From NCBI GenBank assembly GCA_963831995.1, contig CAWHSI010000001.1, positions 959,637 through 1,023,636 of the forward strand: a stretch of DNA of 64,000 nt, written 5' to 3'. Of the stretch, positions 60,591 through 64,000 are shown piece by piece (the stretch's first letter is position 1; the number at the start of each line of letters is the position of its first letter). Made by a program: the position numbers and the translations under genes. Below the pieces are notes generated by a model. The model did not search any database and was not told the DNA's origin. It saw nothing but the letters and a program-made list of their open reading frames with translations. The stretch comes from an uncultured Solirubrobacterales bacterium. Lineage in GTDB: Bacteria > Actinomycetota > Thermoleophilia > Solirubrobacterales > Solirubrobacteraceae.

Positions 60591-61373
60591 CTACTTCTTG
60601 GGGCACGGCGCCTTGATGCTCACCGGCACCTTGGCTCCGCCGTAGAACGAGAATTCGAGCTTCACCGGGAAGCCGCCCTTGGGGCACTTCGACGGCACGG
60701 TTCCGTAGGAGATCAGCTTTTTGCCCTTCTTGTAAGCGGCGCCGACCTTGACCTTGATCGATTCCACGACCCCGTATGGAGCTTCGGGGACGGTCACGAC
60801 GAGTGGTATTTCGGCGTTGAATTCGGGGCCGAACCCAGCCGGGGCGGCCGAGAACGCTCCCGTGGACAGGATTTCGATCGAAGCCGGACTGCGTCCTTCG
60901 GAGAAGAACGCGAGACCCCCGCCGGGAGCGAAGAACGGCTGGATCGTCAGCGACTCGTGGACACGCGTACCACCGAAGCTGACGACTCCGTTCGCCTGGC
61001 CCGTCGGACCCGCGGAGGAGTTCTTCGGGCACTTCTGCACTTCGTGGCTTTCAAGCGTGGCGTTCGGGCACGTCGGGAAACCCTGGGGATGCAGCTTCGT
61101 GCCGGCCGGCGTGATGAACTTGACGCCGATCAGCGGTGGCGGGAAGCCACCGTATTCGGTGCCGCTGATCCCGATTTCTGTTTCGAGCGCCGCGCCGGCG
61201 CCGAGCAGACCGGTCCCGGGCCACGTGGGACCGCTTGCCGAGCTTGGGTTCTTCGGGATCGGCACGATCTTGACTTTGACCGTGACGTTCGGCGCCGCCC
61301 CCGCGGCAGCCGGCAGACAAAGGGCCGCTGCGACAAGACCAAGCAGGGCCAAACGGGTAGATGCTCTACGCAT
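60591..61373 (-). CDS. secreted beta-rich hypothetical protein with Cys pairs
   Basis: Signal peptide MRRASTRLALLGLVAAALCLPAAAGA; C..C pairs, ends APCPKK; GAGGAG RBS. Confidence 0.8.
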   Translation of the reverse strand: MRRASTRLALLGLVAAALCLPAAAGAAPNVTVKVKIVPIPKNPSSASGPTWPGTGLLGAGAALETEIGISGTEYGGFPPPLIGVKFITPAGTKLHPQGFPTCPNATLESHEVQKCPKNSSAGPTGQANGVVSFGGTRVHESLTIQPFFAPGGGLAFFSEGRSPASIEILSTGAFSAAPAGFGPEFNAEIPLVVTVPEAPYGVVESIKVKVGAAYKKGKKLISYGTVPSKCPKGGFPVKLEFSFYGGAKVPVSIKAPCPKK

Positions 61374-61523
61374 CAGCTTCTCTCCTCTGTTGATGTGTGC
61401 GCCTACGATCCGGGTAGCTCCGGATCCATGACGGTCCGGCGACATCGAGTCCCTGACGTCTCAGCCGTCGGGGAGCTTTGGCGATTTGCCCGCAAGGTTA
61501 GCCGTATCGGCCGACAGGTTCAA

Positions 61524-62648
61524 CTAGGTGGCGTCCAGAGCGGTCGCGAATTCGAGCTCCTCGCCGCCGTAGAGCACATCCACGGGCTCGACGATCACCT
61601 GGCGCGGTCCGCTCTCCACAGCGCCTGCCAGGAGCGCCTGCAACCCCAGTGTTCGGGCGGTCGCGAGCACCCGCTCGCCGCCGCCGGCCTCGCAGTAGAC
61701 GGCGTAGCCGCAGCCCATGTTGAACGTCGAGTACGCCTGGTGAGCGTCGAGTCTGGCCTCGGCCGCCAGGAACTGCAGCACCTCGGGCACCGGCGGGAGC
61801 TCGCGGACGCGGTAGCTCAGGGACCTGGCGGGGCGCATCAGCTTCAACAGTCCATGACCCGTTATGTGGCTCAGATAGGAGATGCGCGTCTCGGACTCCA
61901 GCAGCGCCCGCACCAGGGGCACATACATCGCCGACGGATCGAGCAGCGCCTCGCCGAGCGTGCGTCCGCTCGGCAGCGCCGTCAGGTATCCGTCGGGCAG
62001 GCGCTCGGCGATCAGGCGAGCAAGCGACGCGCCGTTGGCGTGCAGTCCGGTCGAGGCGACGAGCACGATCTCATCGCCCGCTCGCAGCTCCTCGCCGAGC
62101 ATCGCCGTGCGCCCGGCGGGGAGCGCGCCGACCGCGGCGCCGGCGAGCTCGATGTCGCCCTCGGCGAGCAGGCCCGCAAGCGAGGGCGACTCGCCTCCCC
62201 CCCACACGCAGCCGGCGTCCACGCAGGCGCGCTGCCAGCCGTCGAGCAGCGAGGACGCCCGTCCCGCCTCGGCATACCACCGAGAGGAGCCGGTGGCGAA
62301 GTAGGCGTTTGCGACCAGCGGCAGGGCGCCCACGCAACAGAGGTCGTTGAGGATCGCGGCGACCGCGTCGTAGGCGATGTCGGCGAAGCGGTCGATCCCG
62401 TGGCGCTCCAGCATGTGGCGGGCGACGATCGACTTGGTGCCCAGGCCCTCCACCACGAACGCCAGCGTGCTGCCGGCGAACTCGAATACGAACGCGGGCT
62501 CGCCGCGCGAGGCGTCGAGGGCACGGCCGCCGCGCGCGGCGAGCAGCGGCGAGGTCGCAAGCGCCCGCGCGATCGCCTGGCGCTTGCCCTCGTCGAGCGC
62601 GTCGTAGTCCACGCCCGCCGCCCTGTAGTCGGCCGGTTGCTCGCTCAT
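61524..62648 (-). CDS. purM: phosphoribosylformylglycinamidine cyclo-ligase (AIR synthase)
   Basis: [48 protein letters not shown]. Confidence 0.92.
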   Translation of the reverse strand: MSEQPADYRAAGVDYDALDEGKRQAIARALATSPLLAARGGRALDASRGEPAFVFEFAGSTLAFVVEGLGTKSIVARHMLERHGIDRFADIAYDAVAAILNDLCCVGALPLVANAYFATGSSRWYAEAGRASSLLDGWQRACVDAGCVWGGGESPSLAGLLAEGDIELAGAAVGALPAGRTAMLGEELRAGDEIVLVASTGLHANGASLARLIAERLPDGYLTALPSGRTLGEALLDPSAMYVPLVRALLESETRISYLSHITGHGLLKLMRPARSLSYRVRELPPVPEVLQFLAAEARLDAHQAYSTFNMGCGYAVYCEAGGGERVLATARTLGLQALLAGAVESGPRQVIVEPVDVLYGGEELEFATALDAT

Positions 62649-62686
62649 CGGCGATGATCCTATTCCCACTGTCGAGGAGGAAAGCT

Positions 62687-63898
62687 ATGGACTTTCGAGC
62701 GAGCGAGCGCTGTATCGAGTTTCAGGGGCGCCTGGAGGCGTTCATGGACGAGCACGTGTACCCCGCCGAGCCCGTGTACGAGCGCCAGCTGCACGAGTCC
62801 GGCGACCCGCACCACCAGCCGGCCGTGATGGAGGAGCTGAAGGCGCTGGCGCGCGAGGCGGGACTGTGGAACATGTTCCTGCCCGACGCCGACGACGGCG
62901 CGGGTCTGTCGAACAGCGACTACGCGCCGCTCGCGGAGATCCTCGGACGCAGCCACATCGCCTCGGAGGCGTGCAACTGCTCGGCGCCGGACACAGGCAA
63001 TATGGAGGTGCTGCACCAGTTCGCCACGCAGGCGCAAAAGGAGCAGTGGCTTAAGCCTCTACTTGAGGGTGAGATTCGCTCCAGCTTCGCGATGACCGAG
63101 CCCGACGTGGCGTCCTCGGACGCCACCAACATCGCGCTGCGCATCGAGCGCGACGGCGACAGCTACCTGCTCAACGGGCGCAAGTGGTGGATCTCCGGAG
63201 CGCTTCATCCCCACTGCCGGATCATGATCGTGATGGGCAAGACCAATCCCGAGGGACCGCGCCACCGCCAGCAGAGCCAGATCCTCGTGCCGATCGACAC
63301 CCCCGGGGTCGAGATCGTGCGAGCGCTGCCGGTGTTCGGCTACCAGGACCAGGAGGGTCACGCCGAAATCGCATTCACCGACGTGAGGGTGCCGGCCGAG
63401 AACCTGATCGCGGGCGAGGGCGACGGCTTCATGATCGCCCAGGCGCGACTCGGGCCGGGACGCATCCACCACTGCATGCGCTCGATCGGGGCGGCCGAGC
63501 GGGCGCTGCAGGCGATGTGCAGGCGCGCGGTGTCGCGTACCACCTTCGGTCAGCCGCTCGCAGCGCGAGCCAACGTGCAGGACTGGATCGCCGAGGCGCG
63601 CATCGAGATCGAGATGGCGCGCCTGCTCACGCTCAAGGCCGCATGGTTGATGGATACGGTCGGCAACCGCCACGCGCGTACCGAGATCGCGGCGATCAAG
63701 GTGGCCGCGCCGAACATCGCGCTGAAGGTGATCGACCGCGCGATCCAGGTGCACGGCGGCGGCGGCGTCTCCGAGGACTTCACGCTCGCATGGGCCTATG
63801 CCCACCTGCGCACGCTGCGCTTGGCCGACGGGCCCGACGAGGTGCACAAGCTCTCGATTGCGCGACGCGAGCTTGCCCCCTACATGCCCTCGGCTTGA
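62687..63898 (+). CDS. acyl-CoA dehydrogenase (ACAD10/11-like)
   Basis: [56 protein letters not shown]. Confidence 0.95.
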   Translation: MDFRASERCIEFQGRLEAFMDEHVYPAEPVYERQLHESGDPHHQPAVMEELKALAREAGLWNMFLPDADDGAGLSNSDYAPLAEILGRSHIASEACNCSAPDTGNMEVLHQFATQAQKEQWLKPLLEGEIRSSFAMTEPDVASSDATNIALRIERDGDSYLLNGRKWWISGALHPHCRIMIVMGKTNPEGPRHRQQSQILVPIDTPGVEIVRALPVFGYQDQEGHAEIAFTDVRVPAENLIAGEGDGFMIAQARLGPGRIHHCMRSIGAAERALQAMCRRAVSRTTFGQPLAARANVQDWIAEARIEIEMARLLTLKAAWLMDTVGNRHARTEIAAIKVAAPNIALKVIDRAIQVHGGGGVSEDFTLAWAYAHLRTLRLADGPDEVHKLSIARRELAPYMPSA

Positions 63899-63990
63899 GA
63901 AGCACAGGCCACAGAGGCCCCCCGGGGGCGAGCGCATGCGCCCTGCACTGCCCCACGTGCCTCGGCTTGAGAAGCGCAGGCCGCAGAGGC
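63888..63990. repeat. 31-bp direct repeat (29/31 identical, 72-bp period) at the 3' end of the acyl-CoA dehydrogenase gene
   Basis: CCTCGGCTTGAGAAGC(A/G)CAGGCC(A/G)CAGAGGC at 63888-63918 and 63960-63990. Confidence 0.85.
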
Positions 63991-64000
63991 TCACCCGGGG

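Noticed and set aside
63888-63990. 31-bp repeat with 41-bp gap as a CRISPR array
   Set aside because: Two imperfect copies, the first inside a CDS; similarity bleeds into the would-be spacer; no cas genes in the window. Cannot be fully excluded past the window edge.

Overview
High-GC actinobacterial chromosome segment. Gene content and order point to Thermoleophilia/Solirubrobacterales; this is inference from the proteins, not a database result. Left arm (1-19.9 kb): uvrC-rapZ-gap-pgk-tpiA, a 6S-like structured ncRNA candidate, an ABC-F gene, lipid-metabolism and ABC-2 genes, and a divergent xseAB pair whose small subunit ends in an SSB-type DDIPF tail. Middle (about 20-39.9 kb): a visibly lower-GC accessory island. 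Read on the minus strand it runs padR, degenerate ABC ATPase, intact ABC ATPase, MacB/FtsX permease, DUF2600 (tetraprenyl-beta-curcumene-synthase-like) terpene cyclase, stand-alone IclR-type HTH, a 2.4k-aa secreted Ig/NHL/Rhs polymorphic protein, a TPR protein, an orphan Rhs tip and two membrane proteins. The island ends at an IS110-family (IS1111-type) element whose ends, GA core and candidate bridge-RNA guide loops can be read from the sequence. Right arm: two TA pairs, an aldo-keto reductase, a LexA-boxed imuB-small ORF-dnaE2 cassette, an Mce ATPase, tetR, six Mce genes with a lytic transglycosylase/M23 gene embedded among them, purM and an acyl-CoA dehydrogenase. Five single-base frameshifts in otherwise intact high-GC genes suggest assembly indels. 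No tRNA, rRNA, CRISPR array or integrase was seen. All family assignments are by eye; no searches were run.
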